From the NCBI RefSeq assembly GCF_006345805.1, contig NC_042998.1, positions 186,372,001 through 186,436,000 on the forward strand: DNA of 64,000 nucleotides. The letters run 5' to 3'. Both the position numbers and the translations under genes were made by a program. Of the stretch, positions 52,528-64,000 are shown one piece after another; positions within the stretch are counted from its first letter, which is position 1, and the number at the start of each line of letters is the position of its first letter. Origin of the DNA: Octopus sinensis. Lineage: Eukaryota. Below the pieces are notes generated by a model. It saw only the letters and a list, made by a program, of their open reading frames with translations. It did no database searches and was not told the origin of the DNA.

Positions 52528-55415
52528 TGTGTCTTGGCATCACTCACCAAGTCCTTTGTGAGCCACTCTCCGGCTATCTATCTGCGGCTTTATACAGCTA
52601 TGGTGTGACTTCACCTGGAATTTGCATCACCGGTCTGGAATCCCTATCTTGCCCAGGATATTAATCGTCTGGAAGCTGTTCAGCGACGTGCAACCAAGAG
52701 AATACCCTCCATCAGGCATTTGCCATATTCTGAACGCCTTACTTCCCTGGGCCTGGACACATTGAAATTCCGACGTCTGGCAGCTGACTTGGCAGACACC
52801 CATGAAATTATTAACCATCTTACAAACAACAACTCTGAGCACCTTTTCAAACTCCATCTTTCTAACACCCATGGACATGTTTACAAAGTCAGAAAGCAGC
52901 ACAGCTCCCATGACTTTCGGAAACATTTTTTCACACTAAGAGTTGCTGAAGTATGGAACAAACTGCTGGCATCAGTTGTTAGTTGTCGGAGCAATGCATC
53001 CTTCAAAACTTCCGTGCTTCCTCAGATTCACCAACACTACACCTGATTTTCTCCCCTCCATACACACGCAAGCATGTATCTGACTCATACACTGTTCACT
53101 TCCTAGACATTTTTACATTACTGCATATGCTTTATATACACTTTTTGACAAGTTGTGGTGCACCTGAGCACTGTATACAATAATTTCATTATTATAAGCG
53201 TGTATGTGTTTGTACAAGTGTCCACTCAAATAGACATTTAAACAAATTTTTGTTTCTTTATCATTATTATCTTGCTGTATGTCATTTGCAACAATCTTAT
53301 ATATACATATCTCTATTGCCTCTCCCCTCATGACAAAATTGTATCGTATTATTTTTTTATTTATTTATTTATATATTTATATATTTGGTATATATATACA
53401 TTTGCTCTTTTACTTGGTTCAGTCATTTGACTGTGGCCATGCAGGATTATCACTTAAAGGGTTTTAGTCAGATCCCAAGATACCACGCAGTGGGACTGAA
53501 CCTGGAACCATGTGGTTGGGAAGCAAGCTTCTTACCACATAGCCACATCTGTGCCTTTAAAAACTAAATTCTATAAACTTCACACTGTATAATTTCTGTA
53601 CATTCATTCACCTCTGATATTGATTTCTAGCACTGACATATGGTTACAAAGTTTGGGAGAGGATAAAACCAATTACAAAAAAAAGCCCAATATTTGACTG
53701 GTATAACATTATATTGATCTCAAAAGCTCCAATGAATACTAAATTGACCTCTAATATTAATTCATCATCCATCATCATCGTTTAACGTCCGCTTTCCATT
53801 CTAGCATGGGTTGGATGGTTCGTCCGGGGTCTGGGAAGCCAGGAGGCTGCACCAGGCTTCAGTCTGATCTGGCTGTGTTTCTACAGCTGGATGCCCTTCC
53901 TAATGCCAACCACTCCGTGAGTGTAGTGGGTGCTTTTTACGTGCCACTGGTACAGGTGCCAGGGGCGGCTGGAAGCGGCCACGTTGCTTTTTTCGTCCCA
54001 CTGGCATGGAAGCCAGTTGAGGTGGTGCTGGCATTGACCACGTTCGGACGGTGCTTTTTACGTGCCAGGGGAGGCTGGCAACAGCCACGATCGGTTGGTG
54101 GTTTTTACGTGCCACCGACACGGAAACCAGTCAAGGCGGCGCTGGCATCAGCCACATACGGATGGTGCTTTTTAGGTGCCAGGGTAGGCTGACAACAGCC
54201 CCGATCGGTTGGTGCTTTTTATGTGCCATCAGCACAAGTGCCAGGGGAGGCTGGCAATGGCCACGATCAGTTGGTGGTTTTTACGTGCCCCCGACATGGA
54301 AACCAGTCAAGGCGGCGCTGGCATCGGCCTTAATTATATGAATATATTCTATTCTTTTAATTTTTACTTAATCTTAAAGTTTCTAAAATGAATAAATACC
54401 CTACTTCAGCTGCTCTTATACTTTTTTAATTATCAGCTGTGTGGTAAGGGGTTTGCTTCCCAACCACATGGTTTGGGGTTCAGTCCCACTGGCACCTTTG
54501 TGTCTTTGTGTCAAGTGTCTTCAACTATGGACTCAAGTCAGCCAAAGCCTTGTGAGTGGATTTGTGAGAAAGAAATTGTGTGTGTGTGGGCGTGTGTTTA
54601 TATGCCCATATATGCATGTGTTATTGTGTCCTTGCCTTGACTGTATTTGATGGTTGTAAACAAGTGTGACGTAAACACACCGACGCCCGTTGTCATGTGG
54701 TGATGGTGGTGGTGGTGGTGGGGTTAAGGTGGACAAACACAGACACTACACACATGTGACCTGCTTCTTTTAGTTTCCATTTTCCAAATCTAATCACAAG
54801 GCTATGGTCAGCCTGAGGCTATAGTAGAAGAAATTTGCGCAAAGTGCCATGCAGCAGGACTGAACCTGGAACCATGTGCTTGGGAAGCAAACATGTTACC
54901 ACATGGCCTCACCTGCACCTCTGTTATTATACATGCAGTCATACATGCAGTTTTTTTTTAATCCCAGCTGGATATAATTGTGCATTATGTTATAAACCTT
55001 AGCTGCAATAGTTGTTAATGTCATATCTTGGTAACTCTGCACTGAGCCACCTTCAATCCATTTACTGATTGGATTTGGAGTGTAGAGAGGGCTGCACAGT
55101 TGAAAAGTGTATCATAAAATGTTCCGGTTTTCCAGACTTTGTTGGATATGTTCTCCAAACCAGAAGCTTTCCTGTTTTAAATACCTCTGTTAGTTCCTCT
55201 CTCAGTACCTCTGTTGGTTCATCTGTTGTGAAGGTACCCACTTTGATAGTTAATTGGTAGTTTATGATAGTTTCTACAAGACTGTTGATAATATGATAAT
55301 AGTTGGTGGTTTCCAAAGTATATTCTCTAAGTAAACAATTGCAGCGTGGAAGGTGTTTATAAGCCATTTAAGAAACACACAAAACTGTTAAACTCACTTC
55401 AACATTTAAATTTAA

Positions 55416-55466
55416 TTTGTCAAAATATTTTCGTCGCTTTCAGACCGCGACCTGTTCACTGACAAA
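55416..55466 (-). ncRNA. Hammerhead G3-C8 variant (segmental-duplication copy)
   Basis: Same fold as 45426-45475. Confidence 0.7.
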
Positions 55467-58400
55467 GATTTGTGATGCAGCACAAAGCTTTACAACAAAC
55501 AATAACTTACTTGGCTCTGGTATGACAAACAATAACTGACTTGGCTCTTTAGTCATGACATTACTATTTCAGCATTTTGAATGTCAAAATGACATATTTT
55601 AAAAGAAAGAAAGAAAATAAAAACACACATTTTCTATTACCTTTAAATATTTCTGTCACAGATAGGTGCAGGAGTGGCTGTGCGGTAAGTAGCTTGCTAA
55701 CCAACCACATGGTTCCGGGTTCAGTCCCACTGCGTGGCACCTTGGGCAAGTGTCTTCTTCTACAGCCTCGGGCTGACCAAAGCCTTGTGAGTGGATTTGG
55801 TAGATGGAAACTAAAAAAAGCCCGTCGTATATATGTATATGTATGTGTGTTTATATATGTTTGTGTGTCTGTGCTTATCCCCACAACATCGCTTGACAAC
55901 CGATGTTGGTGTGTTTACGCCCCTGTCACTTAGCAGTTCGGCAAGAGAGACCGATAGAATGAGAAGTACTAGGCTTACAAAGAATATGTCCTGGGGTCGA
56001 TTTACTCGACTGAAGGTGGTGCTCCAGCATGGCCACAGTAATATGATAAACAAGTAAAAGAGTAAAGAGTATAATATCTTCCCATATAAATATATTTTCT
56101 TCTTCATTTTTGTATCTGGTTTGCAAGATTCTTTATGTGAGTTTGTGTATTGAAACAAATTTTGTTGTCGAGGGAGTGTCATTGTACCAATACTAATAAC
56201 ATGCCCTGGTTCAATTCCACTCCTTTATTATTAGTTAATTGGTCAAATATCCAACTAACGAGTCAATTTACTCTTTTACTTGTTTCAGTCATTTGACTGC
56301 GGCCATGCTGGAGCACCACCTTTAGTCGAGCAAATCGACCCCGGGACTTATTCTTTGTAAGCCCAGTACTTATTCTATCGGTCTCTTTTGCCGAACCGCT
56401 AAGTAACGGGGACATAAACACACCAGCATCGGTTGTCAAGCAATGCTAGGGGGACAAACACAGACACACAAACGAACACACATACACATATATACATATA
56501 TACGACAGGCTTCTTTCAGTTTCCGTCTACCAAATCCACTCACAAGGCATTGGTCGGCCCGGGGCTATAGCAGAAGACACTTGCCCAAGATGCCACGCAG
56601 TGGGACTGAACCCGGAACCATCTGGTTGGTTAGCAAGCTACTTACCACACAGCCACGTGTGTGTTTGTGTGGACATGTGTGAATATATGTATATATAATG
56701 TATAAAACATTTTTTACCTGTTTCTCAGTCTTTTATATCTAAACATTCATAGTCACTAGTTTTCTAAAATCAAACCATTTGAGTCTAATTTTTTCATCTC
56801 ATTTACTGCAAACAGTAATCGATATAAATTTGAATTTGTTTTTGTGTGTGTGTGGAGGTACAGGCATGGCTGTGTGGTAAGAAGCTTGCTGCCAAACCAC
56901 ATGGTTTAGGGTTCAGTCTCACTGCATGGTATCTTGGGCAAATGTCTTTCACTATAGTCTCAAGCCAACCAAAGCCTTGTGAGTGGATTTGGTAGATGGA
57001 AACTGAAAGAAGCTTGTCATGCATATGTATGTGTGTGTGTGTGTGTAGTGTCTGTCTGTGTCTGTCCTCTACTAACCAGTGCTGGTGTGTTTATGTCCCC
57101 TTCACTAAGCAATTCAACAAGAAAGACCCCATAGGATAAGTACAAGGCTTCAAAAAATGTACTGGGATCAATACATTCAATAAAAAATTCTTCAGGGCTG
57201 AGGGTGTCTTGGCATCACTCACCAAGTCCTTTGTGAGCCACTCTCCGGCTATCTATCAGCGGCTTTATACAGCTATGGTGTGACTTCACCTGGAATTTGC
57301 ATCACCGGTCTGGAACCCCTATCTTGCCCAGGATATTAATCGTCTGGAAGCCGTTCAGCGACGTGCAATCAAAAGAATACCCTCCATCAGGCATTTGCCA
57401 TATTCTGAACGCCTTACTTCCCTGGGCCTGGACACATTGAAACTCCAACGTCTGGCAGCTGACTTGGCAGACACCCATGAAATTATTAACCATCTTACAA
57501 ACAACAACTCTGAGCACCTTTTCAAACTCCATCTGTCTAACACCCGTGGACATGTTTACAAAGTTAGAAAACAGCACAGCTCCCATGACTTTCGGAAACA
57601 TTTTTTCACACTAAGAGTTGCTGAAGTATGGAACAAACTGCTGGCATCAGTTGTTAGTTGTCGGAGCAATGCATCCTTCAAAACTTCCGTGCTTCCTCAG
57701 ATTCACCAACACTACACCTGATTTTCTCCCCTCCATACACACGCAAGCATGTATCTGACTCATACACTGTTCACTTCCTAGACATTTTTACATTACTGCA
57801 TATGCTTTATATACACTTTTTGACAAGTTGTGGTGCACCTGAGCACTGTATACAATAATTTCATTATTATAAGCGTGTATGTGTTTGTACAAGTGTCCAC
57901 TCAAATAGACATTTAAACAAATTTTTGTTTCTTTATCATTATTATCTTGCTGTATGTCATTTGCAACAATCTTATATATACATATCTCTATTGCCTCTCC
58001 CCTCATGACAAAATTGTATCGTATTATTTTTTTATTTATTTATTTATATATTTGTATATTTGGTATATATATACATTTGCTCTTTTACTTGGTTCAGTCA
58101 TTTGACTGTGGCCATGCAGGATTATCACTTTAAAGGGTTTTAGTCAGATCCCAAGATACCACGCAGTGGGACTGAACCTGGAACCATGTGGTTGGGAAGC
58201 AAGCTTCTTACCACATAGCCACATCTGTGCCTTTAAAAACTAAATTCTATAAACTTCACACTGTATAATTTCTGTACATTCATTCACCTCTGATATTGAT
58301 TTCTAGCACTGACATATGGTTACAAAGTTTGGGAGAGGATAAAACCAATTACAAAAAAAAGCCCAATATTTGACTGGTATAACATTATATTGATCTCAAA

Positions 58401-61220
58401 AGCTCCAATGAATACTAAATTGACCTCTAATATTAATTCGTCATCATCATCGTTTAACGTCCGCTTTCCATTCTAGCATGGGTTGGATGGTTCGTCCGGG
58501 GTCTGGGAAGCCAGGAGGCTGCACCAGGCTTCAGTCTGATCTGGCTGTGTTTCTACAGCTGGATGCCCTTCCTAACGCCAACCACTCCGTGAGTGTAGTG
58601 GGTGCTTTTTACGTGCCACTGGTACAGGTGCCAGGGGCGGCTGGAAGCGGCCACGTTGCTTTTTTCGTCCCACTGGCATGGAAGCCAGTTGAGGTGGTGC
58701 TGGCATTGACCACGTTCGGACGGTGCTTTTTACGTGCCAGGGGAGGCTGGCAACAGCCACGATCGGTTGGTGGTTTTTACGTGCCCCCGACATGGAAACC
58801 AGTCAAGGCAGCGCTGGCATCGGCCTTAATTATATGAATATATTCTATTCTTTTAATTTTTACCTAATCTTAAAGTTTCTAAAATGAATAAATACCCTAC
58901 TTCAGATGCTCTTATACTTTTTTAATTATCAGCTGTGTGGTAAGGGGTTTGCTTCCCAACCACATGGTTTGGGGTTCAGTCCCACTGGCACCTTTGTGTC
59001 TTTGTGTCAAGTGTCTTCAACTATGGACTCAAGTCAGCCAAAGCCTTGTGAGTGGATTTGTGAGAAAGAAATTGTGTGTGTGTGGGCGTGTGTTTATATG
59101 CCCATATATGCATGTGTTATTGTGTCCTTGCCTTGACTGTATTTGGTGGTTGTAAACAAGTGTGACGTAAACACACCGACGCCCGTTGTCATGTGGTGAT
59201 GGTGGTGGTGGTGGTGGGGTTAAGGTGGACAAACACAGACACTACACACATGTGACCTGCTTCTTTTAGTTTCCATTTTCCAAATCTAAGCACAAAGCTT
59301 TACAACAAACAATAACTTACTTGGCTCTGGTATGACAAACAATAACTGACTTGGCTCTTTAGTCATGACATTACTATTTCAGCATTTTGAATGTCAAAAT
59401 GACATATTTTAAAAGAAAGAAAGAAAATAAAAACACACATTTTCTATTACCTTTAAATATTTCTGTCACAGATAGGTGCAGGAGTGGCTGTGCGGTAAGT
59501 AGCTTGCTAACCAACCACATGGTTCCGGGTTCAGTCCCACTGCGTGGCACCTTGGGCAAGTGTCTTCTTCTACAGCCTCGGGCTGACCAAAGCCTTGTGA
59601 GTGGATTTGGTAGACGGAAACTAAAAAAAGCCCGTCGTATATATGTATATGTATGTGTGTTTATATATGTTTGTGTGTCTGTGCTTATCCCCACAACATC
59701 GCTTGACAACCGATGTTGGTGTGTTTACGCCCCTGTCACTTAGCAGTTCGGCAAGAGAGACCGATAGAATAAGAAGTACTAGGCTTACAAAGAATATGTC
59801 CTGGGGTCGATTTACTCGACTGAAGGTGGTGCTCCAGCATGGCCACAGTAATATGATAAACAAGTAAAAGAGTAAAGAGTATAATATCCTCCCATATAAA
59901 TATATTTTCTTCTTCATTTTTGTATCTGGTTTGCAAGATTCTTTATGTGAGTTTGTGTATTGAAACAAATTTTGTTGTCGAGGGAGTGTCATTGTACCAA
60001 TACTAATAACATGCCCTGGTTCAATTCCACTCCTTTATTATTAGTTAATTGGTCAAATATCCAACTAACGAGTCAATTTACTCTTTTACTTGTTTCAGTC
60101 ATTTGACTGCGGCCATGCTGGAGCACCGCCTTTAGTCGAGCAAATCGACCCCGGGACTTATTCTTTGTAAGCCCAGTACTTATTCTATCGGTCTCTTTTG
60201 CCGAACCGCTAAGTGACAGGGATGTAACCACACCAGCATCGGTTGTCAAGCAATGCTAGGGGGACAAACACACACACATACACATATATATATATATATA
60301 CATATATACGACAGGCTTCTTTCAGTTTCCGTCTACCAAATCCACTCACAAGGCATTGGTCGGCCCAGGGCTATAGCAGAAGACACTTGCCCAAGATGCC
60401 ACGCAGTGGGACTGAACCCGGAACCATGTGGTTGGTTAGCAAGCTACTTACCACACAGCCACTCATTGAGTCATTTGTTTTGTTTGTCAAAGCTTTTTTG
60501 TCGCTATTTGCAACCTTCTCAGCGACTTTTCTTTTAGTCTGTTACAGAAGTCACATTTGTCTGTTCAAGATCTTGTTGCAGCAGGTATGTGTATGTGTGT
60601 GTATGTTTATGCATGTATCATCATCATCATCATCATCATTTAGCGTCCGCTCTCCATGCTAGCATGGGTTGGACGGTTCAACTGGGGTCTGTGAAGCTGG
60701 AAGGCTTCATCAGGCCCAGTCAGATCTGGCAGTGTTTCTACGGCTGGATGCCCTTCCTAACGCCAACCACTCCGTGAGTGTAGTGGGTGCTTTTTACGTG
60801 CCACCTGCACAGGTGCCAGACAGAGCTGGAAAACGGCCACGAAACGGATGGTGCTTTTACGTGTCACCGGCACGGGGCCAGGCAAGGCTGGCAACGGACA
60901 CGAACGGATGGTGCTTTTACGTGCCACCAACACGGGGGCCAGACAGAGCTGGCAAATGGCCACGAAACGGATGGTGCTTTTACGTGTCACCGGCACGGGG
61001 GCCAGGCGAGGCTGGCAACGGGCACGAACGGATGGTGCTTTTACATGCCACCGACACGGGGGCCAGACAGTATTCTGCATATTCCTATGTGTGTGTGTTT
61101 GCATGCTGTGTGTCTGTGCATGCATCTACCTATTGTGTTTGCATGTATGTCTATATATGTTTGTGTGTGTATAAAAGAATGGAATTAAACCAGTGTGTGT
61201 TCATAATATTGGTATAATAT

Positions 61221-61453
61221 TGGCGGCGAGCTGGCAGAATCGTTAGCACGCCGGGCGAAATGCTCAGCAGTATTTCGTCTGTTGCTACGTTCTGAGTTCA
61301 AATTCCGCCGAGGTCGACTTTGCCTTTCGTCCTTCCGGGGTCGATAAAGAAAGTACCAGTTACGCACTGGGGTTGATTTAATCGACTCAATCCCTTTGTC
61401 TGTCCTTGTTTGTCTCCTCTATGTTTAGCCCCTTGTGGGCAATAAAGAAATAA
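61221..61453 (+). mobile_element. SINE family B (copies 1358-1600+, 2140-2358-, 9394-9627+, 26535-26765-)
   Basis: ggcggcgagctggcagaatcgttag...gagttcaaattcc...gaggtcgactttgcctttc; repeated near-identically. Confidence 0.85.
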
Positions 61454-62164
61454 ATATTGGTATAATTACTCTCTTTAGACACAACAAAATATTTTCTATT
61501 TTTCTTCAAATATCTACATTAGAGGTGGGCTTTAGAATGATCCAGTTTTAACCTGTCTTGTGTAATTAAGAAGCTTGTTTCCCAATCATGTGATTTTAGG
61601 TTCAATCCCACTGTGCATCACCTTGGCCAAATGTCTACTATAGTTCTTACAACATCATTCTGTCTGTCTCAGCAATTACTACTAAACAGTGAAGAGAACC
61701 CAAGCACAAACATTCTACCGCATCTAACTTGTAAGCGGATTTTGTAGGTGGATGTTGAAAGAAGCCAATCATGTATGTGTGCATATATGTATACACTAGT
61801 CTTGATATCACGTGATAGTTGTAAATGAGCATTACCTTCATAGAATCGGTGTCGTTCATATCCGACCTTCTGTGAAAACATGTCTTGCCATGAGAAAATA
61901 TTACCTTACTTGGAAACAGGTGAGGGTTAGCAACAGGAAAGGCATCCAGCTGTAGAAAACCTACGGTGACAAATTGCATCCAACTTCTGCCAGCATGGAA
62001 GAGTGTAAGTTAAATCAATAACTTCATCCTTAATTTATATTAAAAATTGTCATTATGATTTTTAGCTCCACTTTCTATGTTGGAAGTGCTGTCAGGGTCA
62101 GATTCAGTTCCTGTTTGGAATTACTGCCTTCCTAAGCAAATCAGAGTACCATGTCTTGCTCATA

Positions 62165-63420
62165 CGAGGGACGTTCAATAAGTAATGCCCCTGACTCATT
62201 TGCAGTTGTTTGCATGTGCAATCATTTATATCTCTATAGAGTAAGTGACAAATTACAGCTCTGAACTAATTGTGGTTTCTGATTTACAGGTGTTTGAACT
62301 GAGTCAAGTGTGAAATGGAGCCTGTTGAGTGTTGAGCAGTGATCCGGTTTTTGTATTTGAAAGGACGCACACCACGGGAGACTTTTGATGAAATGAAAGT
62401 AACTTATGGTGATGATGCCCCATCATATGACCTTGTAAAACGCTGGCATCGTGAATTCAAACATGGTCAGAACTCTGTGGAAACAGCTCCCAGATCTGGT
62501 CGCCCCGCTTCTGCCATTGATGAGGCATCTGTCCGTCAAGTTGGGGCTGCCATTTTGGAAGATCGACGCATAATTATTTGCCAAATAGCCCATGAGGTCA
62601 AGATTAGTACCGGGTCTGTGGAAACTATCATTCATGACCATTTGCATATGCAAAAGGTGTCTGCCAGATGGATTCCCAGGTTGCTCACGCCTTTCCAGAA
62701 GCAAGAAAGCGTCGAGTGCTCGAGGATGAATTTGGAGATGTGCCAAGAAGATGAGTCAAAGTTTTTCAAAAGACTGATTACACAGGATGAAACCTGGGTC
62801 CAAAGCCCAGTCAATGCAGTGGAAGCACGGTGACTCACCCCCTCCAAAGAAGGCAAGGGTGCAGCCTTCCGCTGGCAAGGTCATGCTCACAGTCTTCTGG
62901 GACCAGGACGGAGTAGTGATGACAGATTTCCTGGCAAAAGGTACCACAATTACAGGAGCCTATTATGCTTCACTTTTGAAGAAATTAAGAGAAGTTATCA
63001 AAATCAAGAGGCGGGGCAAGATCAGCAAAGGCATCCTCCTCCTGCAGGACAACGCTCCGGTCCACAACTCGCTTGTCGCCAGATCAGAAGCACAGGCGTA
63101 TGGCTATGAACTCCTCCCCCAGCCCCCCTACTTTCCTGACCTTGCACCCTCTGATTTTCCCCTCTTCCCAGTCATGAAGTTGTTTTTGAAAGGAAAGCGT
63201 TTCCCAGATGATGCAGCCTTGATTTCTGAAGTCACCTTCAGGTTGGAGGACCAAGCTGGGGTCTTCTACAAAAACGGTCTCCAGAGCTGCATCAAACGAT
63301 GGGAGAAATGCGTAACTCTGGGTGGTTCCTATGTAGAAAAAGACTAATAACTGTGCCAAGTTTCGTTGCTCTACTGCTATGGGAAGTAGGTCAGGGGCAT
63401 TACTTATTGAACGCCCCTCG
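62165..63420 (+). mobile_element. Near-complete mariner (DD34D) transposon, inactive
   Basis: TIRs cgagggacgttcaataagtaatgcccctgac / gtcaggggcattacttattgaacgcccctcg, flanking TA. Motifs WIPRLL, TQDETWV, QDNAPVH, PPYFPDLAPSDF. Confidence 0.95.
62315..63347 (+). pseudogene. Mariner transposase pseudogene
   Basis: ATG at 62315, in-frame TGA at 62333-62335, frameshifting deletion after DETWV (~62800). Split into track ORFs 62339..62833 and 62787..63347. Confidence 0.9.
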
Positions 63421-64000
63421 TACAATATCAATTTTGGCCTTGTTTTCTATAGCTGGAATCTCTTCTTCTCAACAACATTAGATAATGTAATGAGTGCCTT
63501 TTATCATGGTATCAGAGGGTGTCTTGACAAAACTTAAGTTCTCTTGGTCCTATATTGTCTTTGTTCATTTGTCAGCCACTTTACAACATACTAAGTGCGT
63601 TTTATCAAACTTCAGCACTAGTGAAGTTGTCATATCTATAAAGAATCCTTCATATCATAAATACACATTAAACTTCTTCTTAAGCACTCCGTCGGTTACG
63701 ACGATGAGGGTTCCGGTTGATCCAAATCAACGGAACAACCTGCTCGTGAAATTAACGTGTAAGTGGCTGAGCACTCCACAGACACGTGCACCCTTAACGT
63801 AGTTCTCGGGGATATTTAGCGTGACACAGAGAGTGACAAGGCCGGCCCCTTGAAATACAGGTACAACAGAAACAGGAAGTAAGAGTGAGAGAAAGTTGTG
63901 GTGAAAGAGTACAGCAGGGATCACCACCATCCCCCGCCGGAGCCTCGTGGAGCTTTTAGGTGTTTTCGCTCAATAAACACTCACAACGCCCGGTCTGGGA

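Larger units (their letters stand above)
37254..61070 (+). repeat. Tandem segmental duplication: copy A 37254-47161, copy B 47162-~56650, partial copy C ~56270-61070
   Basis: Unique flanks recur: tgttacggagctttgtg at 37254 and 47162; catttttttacctgtttctcag near 42390, 52160 and 56710; ggtcaaatatccaactaacgag near 46245, 56240 and 60050. Confidence 0.92.

Overview
AT-rich, microsatellite- and retroposon-saturated animal genomic DNA; the SINE families suggest an octopod cephalopod (inference). One host gene is supported: a 4-exon MMACHC/CblC cobalamin-processing gene on the minus strand (CDS exons 37180-37100, 28187-27993, 25488-25342, 23900-23592; 243 aa). The ORF track captures it only in part. 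The rest comprises tRNA-derived SINEs, CR1- and RTE-type LINE fragments, a Gypsy gag fragment, two Tc1/mariner elements, hAT and piggyBac MITEs, Helitron-like elements, a Penelope-like (GIY-YIG) remnant, many foldback palindromes and a ~24-kb tandem segmental duplication starting 74 bp upstream of the MMACHC ATG. The most striking hidden layer is a set of at least seven unrelated repeat families carrying minimal type I hammerhead ribozyme folds. One family has a compensatory G3-C8 swap of the catalytic core (GUGAACA instead of CUGANGA), with a copy in sense orientation ~50 nt into MMACHC intron 1. Another is a tRNA-headed SINE with a hammerhead tail. All folds and alignments were done by eye; ribozyme activity and family names need confirmation. 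Most short ORFs in the track are microsatellite or SINE noise.
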